Assembly (NCBI GenBank): GCA_001782825.1
Contig: MFPS01000002.1
Span: 1 to 41,112 of the forward strand
DNA: 41,112 nt
Source: Candidatus Magasanikbacteria bacterium RIFCSPHIGHO2_01_FULL_33_34
Lineage (GTDB): Bacteria; Patescibacteriota; Patescibacteriia; Magasanikbacterales; UBA922
Direction of reading: 5' to 3'
The notes beneath the pieces were generated by a model. The model did not search any database. It was not told the origin of the DNA and saw only the letters and a list, made by a program, of their open reading frames with translations. A program made the translations under genes and the position numbers. Numbering within the stretch: position 1 is the stretch's first letter; each line of letters begins with the position of its first letter. Of the stretch, positions 28,616 through 37,203 are shown one piece after another.

Positions 28616-29158
28616 CTAAGCTGATTTAGCTGTTTTACCAGCTTTGCGTCTAATAGTTTCTTCAAAATATTTGATACCTTTACCTTTGTATGGCTCTGGT
28701 TTTCTGATTGATCTGATTTCTGATGCAACTCTGCCTAACAATTCATTATTAATACTTTCAAGTGTAATCAAATTCTTTTCAACTACAGCTTTAACGCCTG
28801 CAGGCATTTTGTATATAACTGGGTTTGAAAAACCAATATCAATTTTCAAATCTACGCCTTGTAGTGCTACTTTGTATCCTACTCCATTTATCTCTAGTTG
28901 CCTCTTAAAACCTTCAGTTACACCTTTAATCATATTTTGTATATGAGCAGAAAAAGTACCCCAGAGTGATCTTTCAAATTTATTTTCTTTGTTAACCACA
29001 TCAACCGTAACTTTACCTTCAGCTATATTTACAGTTACAAATTTATGCAAATCACGTTCCAATTGGCCTTTTGGTCCAGAAATAATAACTTTCCCTTCTT
29101 TTACAGAAACTTCTACACCACTTGGAATTTTTATAATTTTTTTACCTATACGTGACAT
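28616..29158 (-). CDS. rplF: 50S ribosomal protein L6
   Basis: MSRIGK, GPKGQL, RKPEPYKGKGIKY. Confidence 0.97.
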   Translation of the reverse strand: MSRIGKKIIKIPSGVEVSVKEGKVIISGPKGQLERDLHKFVTVNIAEGKVTVDVVNKENKFERSLWGTFSAHIQNMIKGVTEGFKRQLEINGVGYKVALQGVDLKIDIGFSNPVIYKMPAGVKAVVEKNLITLESINNELLGRVASEIRSIRKPEPYKGKGIKYFEETIRRKAGKTAKSA

Positions 29159-29167
29159 ATATTTATA

Positions 29168-29267
29168 TATTTATTAGTTCGGAGCCAATAGCCAGTAGGC
29201 TATTATATTAAACTTATTTATCTGATTTATGTCAAACTATTGGCTATGAACTTTTTGCTATGAACTT
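29168..29267. repeat. 7-nt-period inverted-repeat cassette B (rpsH-rplF)
   Basis: TATTTAT TAGTTCG GAGCCAA TAGCCAG TAG ... CTATTGG CTATGAA CTTTTTG CTATGAA CTT. Confidence 0.9.
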
Positions 29268-29272
29268 GTTAA

Positions 29273-29662
29273 TTAATATATTGAACAAATAACCTCTCCT
29301 CCAATTGAATCTTTTCTCGCTTTTTTGTTTGTCATCAAACCTTTTGAAGTAGACAAAATTGCAATACCATAATCATTCAAAATTTTTGGTATTTCATCTG
29401 ACTTACAATACTTTCTGTGCCCTGGTTTACTTTCACGTTTTATAGATTGTATAGCAGGTTTTTTACCAATATATTTAAGTTCCAATCTCAAAACTGGTGG
29501 CTTACTTTCAACCTTTTCTGAAGATTTGATATATCCTTCACTAACTAAAATTGAACAAATATTCATTTTTAATTTTGAATAAGTCAAGTCAACAGTTTTT
29601 TTGCCAACTGCTTGCGCATTACGGATACGTGTTAACATGTCTGCGATTGGATCTGTCATCAT
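29273..29662 (-). CDS. rpsH: 30S ribosomal protein S8
   Basis: DPIADMLTRIRNA, SKPG, STSKGLMT, GGEVIC. Confidence 0.97.
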   Translation of the reverse strand: MMTDPIADMLTRIRNAQAVGKKTVDLTYSKLKMNICSILVSEGYIKSSEKVESKPPVLRLELKYIGKKPAIQSIKRESKPGHRKYCKSDEIPKILNDYGIAILSTSKGLMTNKKARKDSIGGEVICSIY

Positions 29663-29666
29663 ATTT

Positions 29667-29770
29667 TAGTTCTTAGTTCTTGGCCAATAGCCAATAGTAT
29701 AATATATATTAATTATGTCTTAGCTTTTAGTTTATATCTTCTATTGGCTATAAACTATTGGCTATGAACT
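29667..29770. repeat. 7-nt-period inverted-repeat cassette C (rpsN-rpsH)
   Basis: TAGTTCT TAGTTCT TGGCCAA TAGCCAA TAG ... CTATTGG CTATAAA CTATTGG CTATGAA CT. Confidence 0.9.
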
Positions 29771-29775
29771 TTTAC

Positions 29776-29961
29776 TTACCAGCTTGATTTTCGTACACCT
29801 GGCAATTTACCATCATTAGCCAACTCTCTAAAACAAATTCTACACAAATTGAAATGTCTCATATAACCTCTTTTTCTACCACACTTCCAACAACGTCTAA
29901 CAATTCTTGTGCTAAACTTTGGTTTCTTTTTAGATTTTGCGATTTGTCCTTGAGTTGCCAT
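29776..29961 (-). CDS. rpsN: 30S ribosomal protein S14, Zn-binding (type Z)
   Basis: [26 protein letters not shown]; 61 aa. Confidence 0.96.
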   Translation of the reverse strand: MATQGQIAKSKKKPKFSTRIVRRCWKCGRKRGYMRHFNLCRICFRELANDGKLPGVRKSSW

Positions 29962-29978
29962 AGTATAAATAATTTAAA

Positions 29979-30527
29979 TTATTTTTTATCACGAAATGGG
30001 AATCCCATTTTCTTTAACAGTGAAAAACTTTGTTCTTTATTTTTACCTGATATTACAAATGTCATTTCTAACCCATTAATTATATCACTGGTTCCTGCAG
30101 TAATTTCAGGAAAAGCTAATTGCTCTTTAATTCCAACTGTATAATTCCCTTGTTGATCAAAACCTTTTGGGTTAATGCCACGAAAATCCCGAATACGTGG
30201 AAAAGTAATATTTATTAATTTATAAACAAAATCATACATACGCTCACCTCTAATAGTTACAGATGAACCAATACTCATTCCTTCTCTTATTTTAAAGTTT
30301 GAAATTGACTTTCTTGATTTGTTTTCAATAGGTTTTTGACCAGATATTGCTGCTAAAACATCATTTACATGTTTAACATAATTTTTGTCCTTTGCATGTT
30401 TTCCATACCCAACATTAATTACCACTTTTTCTAATTTAGGTACTTGCATAACATTTTTAAAACCAAACTCTTCCTTTAAAAAAGGTGCAATTTCATTTTT
30501 ATATTGTTGGTATAGTACTGATTTCAT
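29979..30527 (-). CDS. rplE: 50S ribosomal protein L5
   Basis: VPKLEKVVIN, FKIREG, PRIRDFRG, GNYTVGIKEQ.FPEI. Confidence 0.97.
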   Translation of the reverse strand: MKSVLYQQYKNEIAPFLKEEFGFKNVMQVPKLEKVVINVGYGKHAKDKNYVKHVNDVLAAISGQKPIENKSRKSISNFKIREGMSIGSSVTIRGERMYDFVYKLINITFPRIRDFRGINPKGFDQQGNYTVGIKEQLAFPEITAGTSDIINGLEMTFVISGKNKEQSFSLLKKMGFPFRDKK

Positions 30528-30550
30528 AAACTATTTTGTAATTCAAATAT

Positions 30551-30868
30551 TTAAATAAATTCACCGCTTTTTTTAGAAACTCTTTTCTTTTCACTACCTT
30601 CCATCTTAAAACCAACTCTAGTAGATTTCTTTGTGTTCGGATCAATAATCATGACATTACTAATATGGATTGGAAAAGATAATTCAATTGTTTGACCTTT
30701 TTCACCAGATCTTTGAGTTTTTAAATGCTTTTTCCTAAGATTCACTCCTTCAACAACAACATAATTCTGACCATTACTTTTGGACTTCAAAACTTGTATG
30801 ACTTTACCAGTCTTACCATTATCTCGTCCACTTAATACTTTTACATTGTCACCTGTTTTTATTTTCAT
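30551..30868 (-). CDS. rplX: 50S ribosomal protein L24
   Basis: KIKTGDNVKVLSGRD.GK.GKV, VEGVN, PIHISNV. Confidence 0.96.
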   Translation of the reverse strand: MKIKTGDNVKVLSGRDNGKTGKVIQVLKSKSNGQNYVVVEGVNLRKKHLKTQRSGEKGQTIELSFPIHISNVMIIDPNTKKSTRVGFKMEGSEKKRVSKKSGEFI

Positions 30869-30879
30869 ACTTTACATTA

Positions 30880-31251
30880 TTATAATACCTCTGGAGCTAA
30901 TGAAACAATTTTTTTATAACCTACCCCACGCAATTCACGAGCAACTGGTCCAAAAATACGGGTTCCTTTTGGTTCTTTAGTTTTATTATCAATAATTACA
31001 GCAGCATTTTCATCAAATCTAATATAAGTACCATCTTTTCTTCTTTTTTCTTTTCTTTGACGTACAATTACAGCATGAACGACCTCACCTTTTTTAACCA
31101 TACCACGAGGTGCAGCTTCCTTCACAGAACAAGTAATAACATCACCAATTTGTGCATATCTTTTTTTGTAACCACCAAGTACACGAATACACATTAGCTT
31201 TTTTGCTCCTGTATTATCTGCTACTTGTAACATTGATGTGTGTTGAATCAT
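30880..31251 (-). CDS. rplN: 50S ribosomal protein L14
   Basis: [35 protein letters not shown]. Confidence 0.97.
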   Translation of the reverse strand: MIQHTSMLQVADNTGAKKLMCIRVLGGYKKRYAQIGDVITCSVKEAAPRGMVKKGEVVHAVIVRQRKEKRRKDGTYIRFDENAAVIIDNKTKEPKGTRIFGPVARELRGVGYKKIVSLAPEVL

Positions 31252-31283
31252 ACTATTTTAAACAGTGAAAGCCTAATCGGCAA

Positions 31284-31553
31284 TTACTTAATTACTTTTA
31301 CTAATCTCCATTTTTTTGTTTTACTTATTGGTCTGCATTCTAAAAATGATACTACATCTCCAACTTGTGCTATATTCTTTTCATCATGTACAGCATATTT
31401 CTTGCTAGTAGTATATTGTTTTTTATATTTTGGGTGCATTTTCTTTGTCTTTACTGATACATGAATTGTCTTATGTTCAGCAACACTAACAACCTCACCT
31501 TCAAATTGTCGGTGTATAGATTTTTTAATTGTTTCAGTTTGATTAGTAACCAT
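31284..31553 (-). CDS. rpsQ: 30S ribosomal protein S17
   Basis: HPKYKK, HDEKN..GD.V...ECRPISKTKKW. Confidence 0.96.
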   Translation of the reverse strand: MVTNQTETIKKSIHRQFEGEVVSVAEHKTIHVSVKTKKMHPKYKKQYTTSKKYAVHDEKNIAQVGDVVSFLECRPISKTKKWRLVKVIK

Positions 31554-31573
31554 ATTCTTTGTAACTTATTACT

Positions 31574-31759
31574 CTACTTTTTTGAATTTATTAATGTTAA
31601 TATTTGAGCAACTTCTTTTTTTAATTTTCTTATATCTCTCACATTTTTCAATTGTGCGCCACTTATACCAAATCTTAAATCACGCAACTTTGATTTTTTC
31701 TCAACTAACATTTCTTCTAAATCTTTTACAGATTTGTTTTTTAATTCATTATTATCCAT
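31574..31759 (-). CDS. rpmC: 50S ribosomal protein L29
   Basis: LRF....QLKN...IRKLKKEVAQILT; operon position. Confidence 0.92.
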   Translation of the reverse strand: MDNNELKNKSVKDLEEMLVEKKSKLRDLRFGISGAQLKNVRDIRKLKKEVAQILTLINSKK

Positions 31760-31763
31760 ATTT

Positions 31764-32174
31764 CTATTTCTTTACTACTTTAGCCTTTAAAGGCATCTTA
31801 TGTGAGGCTAAAATCAATGCCTCAATAGCTTTATCATCTGGAACTCCACCCATTTCGAACAAAACTGTTCCAGGTTTTACAGTACATACATAATGATCCG
31901 GAGCACCCTTACCTTTTCCCATAGGCATTTCACTACCCTTTGACGTAACTGGTCTATCTGGAAAAATTCTAATCCAAACTCTTCCTCCACGTCTTACATA
32001 TCTGGTAAGTACTCGACGAGCAGCTTCAATCTGTCTAGATGTTACCCATGAATGGTCCATCGCTTTCAAACCAAACCCACCAAAAGCTACAGTATTGGTT
32101 CTTGAAGCAATACCTTTATTCAATCGTCTTGGCTTATGCCATTTTCTATGTTTTACTTTTTTTGGCAATAACAT
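31764..32174 (-). CDS. rplP: 50S ribosomal protein L16
   Basis: QIEAARR, WIRIFPDRP, MGKGKG. Confidence 0.97.
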   Translation of the reverse strand: MLLPKKVKHRKWHKPRRLNKGIASRTNTVAFGGFGLKAMDHSWVTSRQIEAARRVLTRYVRRGGRVWIRIFPDRPVTSKGSEMPMGKGKGAPDHYVCTVKPGTVLFEMGGVPDDKAIEALILASHKMPLKAKVVKK

Positions 32175-32182
32175 AAATTCAT

Positions 32183-32881
32183 TTATTTAGTTTCTTTTTC
32201 TTTTTTATCTTCACTGTTGTTTTCCAATTTTGAAAATTGATCTTTTCTACCAAATATTTCACCATGATAAACCCAAACTTTCACACCAATCTTACCATAA
32301 GTAGTATTTGCTTCACAAAAACCATAATCAACATCAGATCGCAAAGTAATCAATGGAACTTTTCCAGCTGACAATTTTTCTGCTCTAGCAATTTCTACTC
32401 CGTTCAATCTACCAGACAAACCAATCTTAACACCTTTTGCTCCAGATTTCATTACTTTCTCAATTGACTGTTTCATCACTCTACGAAATGGCATGCGTTT
32501 TTCAATCTCAGATGCTACAGTCTGTGCAATTATAGCAGCTGACAAAGCTGGTGAATGAACTTCCTGAATATTCAATTTAACTTTCAAAGACATCTGTAAA
32601 AATTTCCTCTCAATATATTTTCTTAAATCCTCAAGACCTTGTCCACCACGTCCAATAATAAAACCAGGTTTAGCTGCAAAAACTGTTACGGTCATATTCT
32701 TTGGACCTCTGGCAATACCAATAGAATCAATATGAGCATCTCTATATTTCTTCATCAAAAACTCACGAATACGAATATCGTGTTCTGCATATTGTGCATA
32801 TTTTTTCTTTCCAAACCATCTAGAATCCCAAGTATAAATAACTTGCATTCTATTAATTCTTGGATGAACTTTATGTCCCAT
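32183..32881 (-). CDS. rpsC: 30S ribosomal protein S3
   Basis: MGHKVHP, PGFIIGRGG, SGRLNGVEIAR, TTYGKIGVKVW. Confidence 0.97.
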   Translation of the reverse strand: MGHKVHPRINRMQVIYTWDSRWFGKKKYAQYAEHDIRIREFLMKKYRDAHIDSIGIARGPKNMTVTVFAAKPGFIIGRGGQGLEDLRKYIERKFLQMSLKVKLNIQEVHSPALSAAIIAQTVASEIEKRMPFRRVMKQSIEKVMKSGAKGVKIGLSGRLNGVEIARAEKLSAGKVPLITLRSDVDYGFCEANTTYGKIGVKVWVYHGEIFGRKDQFSKLENNSEDKKEKETK

Positions 32882-32890
32882 ATATTTATA

Positions 32891-32981
32891 TAGTTATTAG
32901 TTCGGAGCCAATAGCCAGTAGGCTATTATATTAAACTTATTTATGTCAATCTATTGGCTATGAACTATTTGCTATTAACTT
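32891..32981. repeat. 7-nt-period inverted-repeat cassette D (rplV-rpsC), near-identical to B
   Basis: TAGTTAT TAGTTCG GAGCCAA TAGCCAG TAG ... CTATTGG CTATGAA CTATTTG CTATTAA CTT. Confidence 0.9.
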
Positions 32982-32982
32982 G

Positions 32983-33444
32983 TTAATTAACTTTTTCACC
33001 TTTGATTTCTTCTACTTCAGCATCTTTTACATTTTCTTTGGCTTCATTTTCTTTATTACCTTTTGTTTTTTCTTTTATTTTTTTCTTTGCTAATTTTTCA
33101 TCAACTTCACCTTCCAAAACCAATGTAATATGTGATGTCCTTTTACGGATTGGTGTAGCTCTTCCCATAGCTTTTGGAGTCCATCTATGTAATGTTTCTC
33201 CGCCATCTACGAAGGCTACTTTAATTACTAATGTCTCTGGTTTAATCTGATGATTGTGTTTAGCATTAGCAATAGCTGATTTTAACAATTTTAATACTGG
33301 TTCTGAAGAATGCTTACTGGAAATTTGTAACTGAGCAATAGCCTTATTAACTTGCATCCCACGAATAAGGTCGATAAGCAAACGCACCTTTCTTGGGGCT
33401 ACTCTTAATTTTCGTAATGTTACTTTTGTTTGTAGTTTTTCCAT
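32983..33444 (-). CDS. rplV: 50S ribosomal protein L22 with charged C-terminal extension
   Basis: APRKVRL..DLIRG, SAIANA.HN, GRA.PIRKRTSHIT. Confidence 0.96.
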   Translation of the reverse strand: MEKLQTKVTLRKLRVAPRKVRLLIDLIRGMQVNKAIAQLQISSKHSSEPVLKLLKSAIANAKHNHQIKPETLVIKVAFVDGGETLHRWTPKAMGRATPIRKRTSHITLVLEGEVDEKLAKKKIKEKTKGNKENEAKENVKDAEVEEIKGEKVN

Positions 33445-33469
33445 ATAAACTTGTAATCAGTATATATAA

Positions 33470-33796
33470 TTATTTTTTACTATCTTTACTCTCAGGCTTT
33501 AATGCAGTAGTGCCTTTTTCTTCAGTCTTTTGCATCTTACCACCGTGTTTAACAAATTTTCTTGTAAGCGCAAACTCACCAAGTTTATGTCCAACCATAT
33601 TTTCATCAATATAGACATTCAAAAAGTCCTTACCATTGTGAACCAAAAAAGTAAATCCAACCATTTCAGGAGTAACAGTAGATGAGCGAGCCCATGTTTT
33701 AATAGACTTATTTTTTTCACCTGCATCAATTGCTTTTTTGACCTTTTTCATCAAATTTTCATCAACGTAAGGGCCTTTTTTTAAACTTCTTGACAT
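33470..33796 (-). CDS. rpsS: 30S ribosomal protein S19
   Basis: [29 protein letters not shown]. Confidence 0.97.
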   Translation of the reverse strand: MSRSLKKGPYVDENLMKKVKKAIDAGEKNKSIKTWARSSTVTPEMVGFTFLVHNGKDFLNVYIDENMVGHKLGEFALTRKFVKHGGKMQKTEEKGTTALKPESKDSKK

Positions 33797-33802
33797 ATTT
33801 AA

Positions 33803-33900
33803 TAGTTCTTAGTTCATAGTTCAAAACCAATAATTAATTATTTTAAAGTTCAATTACCATTTACTTATTTCTATTGGCTATGAACTATTGGCTATAAACT
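33803..33900. repeat. 7-nt-period inverted-repeat cassette E (rplB-rpsS)
   Basis: TAGTTCT TAGTTCA TAGTTCA AAACCAA TAA ... CTATTGG CTATGAA CTATTGG CTATAAA CT. Confidence 0.88.
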
Positions 33901-33916
33901 TTTTAATTATTTCCTT

Positions 33917-34753
33917 TTACTTTTTCCTTCTACTTACAATAAACTTATCGCTCCATTTACCTCTTTCACGAGTCTTAACACCCAAAGCTTTCTTACCCCA
34001 AGGAGTTTTCGGACCAGTTTTCAAACCAATCGGACTGTGTCCCTCACCACCACCGTGTGGATGATCAACCGGATTCATATTCTTACCTTTAACAGTTGGC
34101 TTCCAGCCTTTATGTCTCATTCTACCAGCTTTTCCCCATCTTACCAATTTATAATCTGGATTACTGACCTTACCAATAGTTGCTGAACAATCTTCACTTA
34201 TAAGTCTGACTTCACCAGATGGTAATTTAAATTGTGCCATACCATTATCTGATATCTGTAATTGTACACCTGTTCCAGCACCCTTTATAATTTGCCCACC
34301 CCTTAATGGAGTCAATTCAACATTGTAAACAAATAAACCAACTGGAATATGCTTTAATGGCATTCTATTACCAGTTACTGCTTCAATCTTGTTAAGAGAT
34401 GAAACTACTTTATCTCCAACTTTCATACCTTCAGCAGCTAAAATATATGATCTTGTATTATCTGGAGATACAACTAATGCAATCCTTGAATTACGATTTG
34501 GATCATATTCAATTGCAACTACTTCATATACAACATCATAATCTTGTCTTTTAAAATCAACTACTCTGTACAATCTCTTAGCACCACCGCCACGATGTCT
34601 AACTGTAATCCTACCTGTATTGTTACGGCCAGATTTCTTATTTAAAACTGCAGTAAGATTTTTTTCAGGTCTTGTTTTTGTTACATCAGAAAAATCCTGG
34701 ACACTTGATTTGCGTCTTCCTGGAGTAGTTGGTTTGTAAACTTTTACTGCCAT
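33917..34753 (-). CDS. rplB: 50S ribosomal protein L2
   Basis: GRNNTGRITVRHRGGG, IEYDPNR, MNPVDHPHGGGEG. Confidence 0.98.
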   Translation of the reverse strand: MAVKVYKPTTPGRRKSSVQDFSDVTKTRPEKNLTAVLNKKSGRNNTGRITVRHRGGGAKRLYRVVDFKRQDYDVVYEVVAIEYDPNRNSRIALVVSPDNTRSYILAAEGMKVGDKVVSSLNKIEAVTGNRMPLKHIPVGLFVYNVELTPLRGGQIIKGAGTGVQLQISDNGMAQFKLPSGEVRLISEDCSATIGKVSNPDYKLVRWGKAGRMRHKGWKPTVKGKNMNPVDHPHGGGEGHSPIGLKTGPKTPWGKKALGVKTRERGKWSDKFIVSRRKK

Positions 34754-34760
34754 ACTTTTA

Positions 34761-34854
34761 TAGTTCTTAGTTAATAGTTCGGAGCCAATAGTCAGTAGTT
34801 TATTGAAAATTATTATGTAATTTCTATAAACTATTAGCTATTGGCCATGAACTA
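34761..34854. repeat. 7-nt-period inverted-repeat cassette F (rplW-rplB)
   Basis: TAGTTCT TAGTTAA TAGTTCG GAGCCAA TAGTCAG TAG ... CTATAAA CTATTAG CTATTGG CCATGAA CTA. Confidence 0.9.
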
Positions 34855-34855
34855 T

Positions 34856-35293
34856 TTAAACACCTTCATGTATATTAATTGTTTTACCTTTTGGTAATTT
34901 AATAAATGCTTTTTTCCAATCAGATCTCTTGCCTAATCTTTGGCCAAAACTAGTTCTCTTGCCTTCAACATTTAATATTCTTACTTTTTTTGGCATTACC
35001 CCATAAACTTCTCTTATTGCTTCTTTTACTTGAAATTTGTTAGCTTTTATATCAACTACAAATGCATATGTACCCATTTGTTCCAAGACAGCAGATTTTT
35101 CACTAACAAGTGGTCTAATCAATATTTTATTTGAAGTAATACTAGCTGAAGGTACTTTCTTTTCTGATACTGTTTTTTCTGCTTTATCTTTTTTTACAAC
35201 CTCTTTTTTATCTACCAAAACATCAGCAGATTTTTTTGAGTCTGTTACATCTTCAACTTTATCTTTCTTTTTTAACTTATCAAGTAAACCCAT
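34856..35293 (-). CDS. rplW: 50S ribosomal protein L23 with ~50-aa N-terminal extension
   Basis: RPLVSEK, ANK.QVK.AI...YGV, WKKA.IKL. Confidence 0.93.
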   Translation of the reverse strand: MGLLDKLKKKDKVEDVTDSKKSADVLVDKKEVVKKDKAEKTVSEKKVPSASITSNKILIRPLVSEKSAVLEQMGTYAFVVDIKANKFQVKEAIREVYGVMPKKVRILNVEGKRTSFGQRLGKRSDWKKAFIKLPKGKTINIHEGV

Positions 35294-35305
35294 ATAATAA
35301 AATAT

Positions 35306-35935
35306 TTATTTTACTAATCTATTCTCTAATTCTTTTACACCATCTTTTGTTGTAATAATATATTGGTGATGTAGTAAATCTATAACATTAACATCAGATG
35401 CAGTCTGTATATCCAATTTAGGAATATTATTTACTGCTCTTTTCAAAGCTTCATCATTTTTTGATGCTAAAAGCAATGTTGTTTTTCCAAGTCCAGGCAA
35501 AGCCGCTCTTAATGTTGCCATTGTTTTAGTTTTACCATCTACTACTAAATTTTCCAAAACAATAAACTTACTTGTTTGAACCTTATCAGAAAGACACATC
35601 TTTACTGCTGTTTTTTTAGTTTTTTTATTTATTTTTTGTTTATAATTTCTGGTATTCAATGGACCAAATGTAGCACCACCTCCACGCCAAATAGGTGAAC
35701 GAATAGAACCATGGCGAGCGCGACCAGTACCTTTTTGTTTCCATGGTTTTTTTCCACCACCACTAACTTCAGATTTATCTATTGCATGTGCCCATGGTTC
35801 ACGAGCATTTGCCATCAAAGCAAGGTATACCTGATGAATAACTGCCATTTTTGATTTCAAACCAAAAATATTATCATCTAATTCAAGTGATCCATTTTCC
35901 TTACCACGATCATTGTAGATTGCTACTTTTGCCAT
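35306..35935 (-). CDS. rplD: 50S ribosomal protein L4
   Basis: EVSGGGKKPWKQKGTGRARHGSIRSPIWRGGG. Confidence 0.97.
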   Translation of the reverse strand: MAKVAIYNDRGKENGSLELDDNIFGLKSKMAVIHQVYLALMANAREPWAHAIDKSEVSGGGKKPWKQKGTGRARHGSIRSPIWRGGGATFGPLNTRNYKQKINKKTKKTAVKMCLSDKVQTSKFIVLENLVVDGKTKTMATLRAALPGLGKTTLLLASKNDEALKRAVNNIPKLDIQTASDVNVIDLLHHQYIITTKDGVKELENRLVK

Positions 35936-35954
35936 ATTATTTAATTCTTAGGTT

Positions 35955-35984
35955 TCACCCCGAGGGTGACCAGCCTCTGGCTGG
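35955..35984. repeat. 30-nt twin-hairpin palindrome, copy 1
   Basis: TCACCC-CGA-GGGTGA CCAGCC-TCT-GGCTGG. Confidence 0.8.
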
Positions 35985-36000
35985 CTTCTTATTCTGTTAT

Positions 36001-36765
36001 CTATTTTGTATTATTATCTGACTCTTCTTTTATTTCCTCAGCTTTTACTTCTGCTGTTTTTTCTTCTTTTGTTTCTTCATTTTTTTCTTCTACTACAGGT
36101 GTTTCTTCTTTTACATCTTCTTTAGATTTTTCGATTTCAATTTTTATTTCACCATTAACATTTGAAATCAACAATAAACTTCCTTTTGCTCCAGGTACAG
36201 CACCCTTTATGTAAATAGTATTTTCTTTAGGGTCTACTTCAACTACTTCTAAATTCAAAACAGATACCTGAGCATCACCCATATGTCCAGCCATTCTAGT
36301 TCCTTTGAAAACTCGTCCTGGATCAGTTGCACCAATACTACCAGGCATACGCAATTGATCTTTATGACCGTGACTAGCTGGAGAACCTCTAAAGTTATGT
36401 CTTTTTACAACACCTTGGAAACCTTTACCTTTTGACCATCCAGTTACTTTTACCTTATCCCCTGCTTCAAAAGTATTCACTGTAAACATGTCTCCTCTTT
36501 TTAAACCTTCTGCATTATCAGTTCTAAATTCTTTAAGTATTTTTACAATTGGCAAATCTTTCAAATGACCCTGTTTTGCTTTATTTAAACGAAACTTCTT
36601 TTGTTCAGAAAAACCAACTTGAATAGAATTAACACCATCTTTTTTGGCTGTCTTTACTTGTGTTACTACACATGGTCCAGCTTGTACACGAGTAACAGGA
36701 ACCACAGTCCCATCCGGACGAAACAATTGTGTCATTCCATTTTTTGTACCAAGAATAAATTTCAT
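36001..36765 (-). CDS. rplC: 50S ribosomal protein L3 with acidic/Lys C-terminal extension
   Basis: [36 protein letters not shown]; likely start MKFILG. Confidence 0.97.
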   Translation of the reverse strand: MKFILGTKNGMTQLFRPDGTVVPVTRVQAGPCVVTQVKTAKKDGVNSIQVGFSEQKKFRLNKAKQGHLKDLPIVKILKEFRTDNAEGLKRGDMFTVNTFEAGDKVKVTGWSKGKGFQGVVKRHNFRGSPASHGHKDQLRMPGSIGATDPGRVFKGTRMAGHMGDAQVSVLNLEVVEVDPKENTIYIKGAVPGAKGSLLLISNVNGEIKIEIEKSKEDVKEETPVVEEKNEETKEEKTAEVKAEEIKEESDNNTK

Positions 36766-36823
36766 AACCTTTAGCATTATAAGCTTTTGTATATTATATT
36801 TTGTCTTTTCTAATCATTATATT

Positions 36824-37104
36824 AAAAAAGCCAGAAGACAACCCTAACCATTTCAGCCAAAGGCTGACCAGCCATAGGCTGGAATTTAAACTAATTTATA
36901 ATAAACGATCCATACAGACAAAAATCTGTTTAAATCTTATAAAAAATATGTTTAAATTTATTGTTAGTACTACCTTCTAGCCATTTTGGCTTATTTTGTA
37001 GTTTGTTTTGGTTGCTTTTTCCTCTTGTGCCTAAATAACTCACTAGATGTTTTTAAACTCTTTCGAGTTAATCTTATCTAACTTGTCTTATAGACATTTA
37101 AACT
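36824..37104 (-). promoter_or_regulatory. Long structured rplC leader with an attenuator-like stem and U-tract
   Basis: 36981-36963 pairs with 36848-36830 (18/19 bp including several G-U on the minus strand), followed by U6; further internal stems. Confidence 0.6.
36853..36882. repeat. 30-nt twin-hairpin palindrome, copy 2
   Basis: TCAGCC-AAA-GGCTGA CCAGCC-ATA-GGCTGG. Confidence 0.8.
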
Positions 37105-37110
37105 GTGCCA

Positions 37111-37139
37111 ATTTTACATTATTTTAAAATATCTGTCAA
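37111..37139 (-). promoter_or_regulatory. Sigma70 promoter between rpsJ and rplC
   Basis: TTGACA(37139-37134)-17-TAAAAT(37116-37111). Confidence 0.75.
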
Positions 37140-37203
37140 GTCTTTTTAATATTTTAATAATTGTGTTAAATTAGCTAATTTTATTGTACGAAATTAAACC
37201 TTA

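Noticed and set aside
21165-34854. CRISPR array interpretation of the periodic repeats
   Set aside because: Units are 7-8 nt, tandem and arranged as inverted arms; there are no unique spacers and no cas genes.
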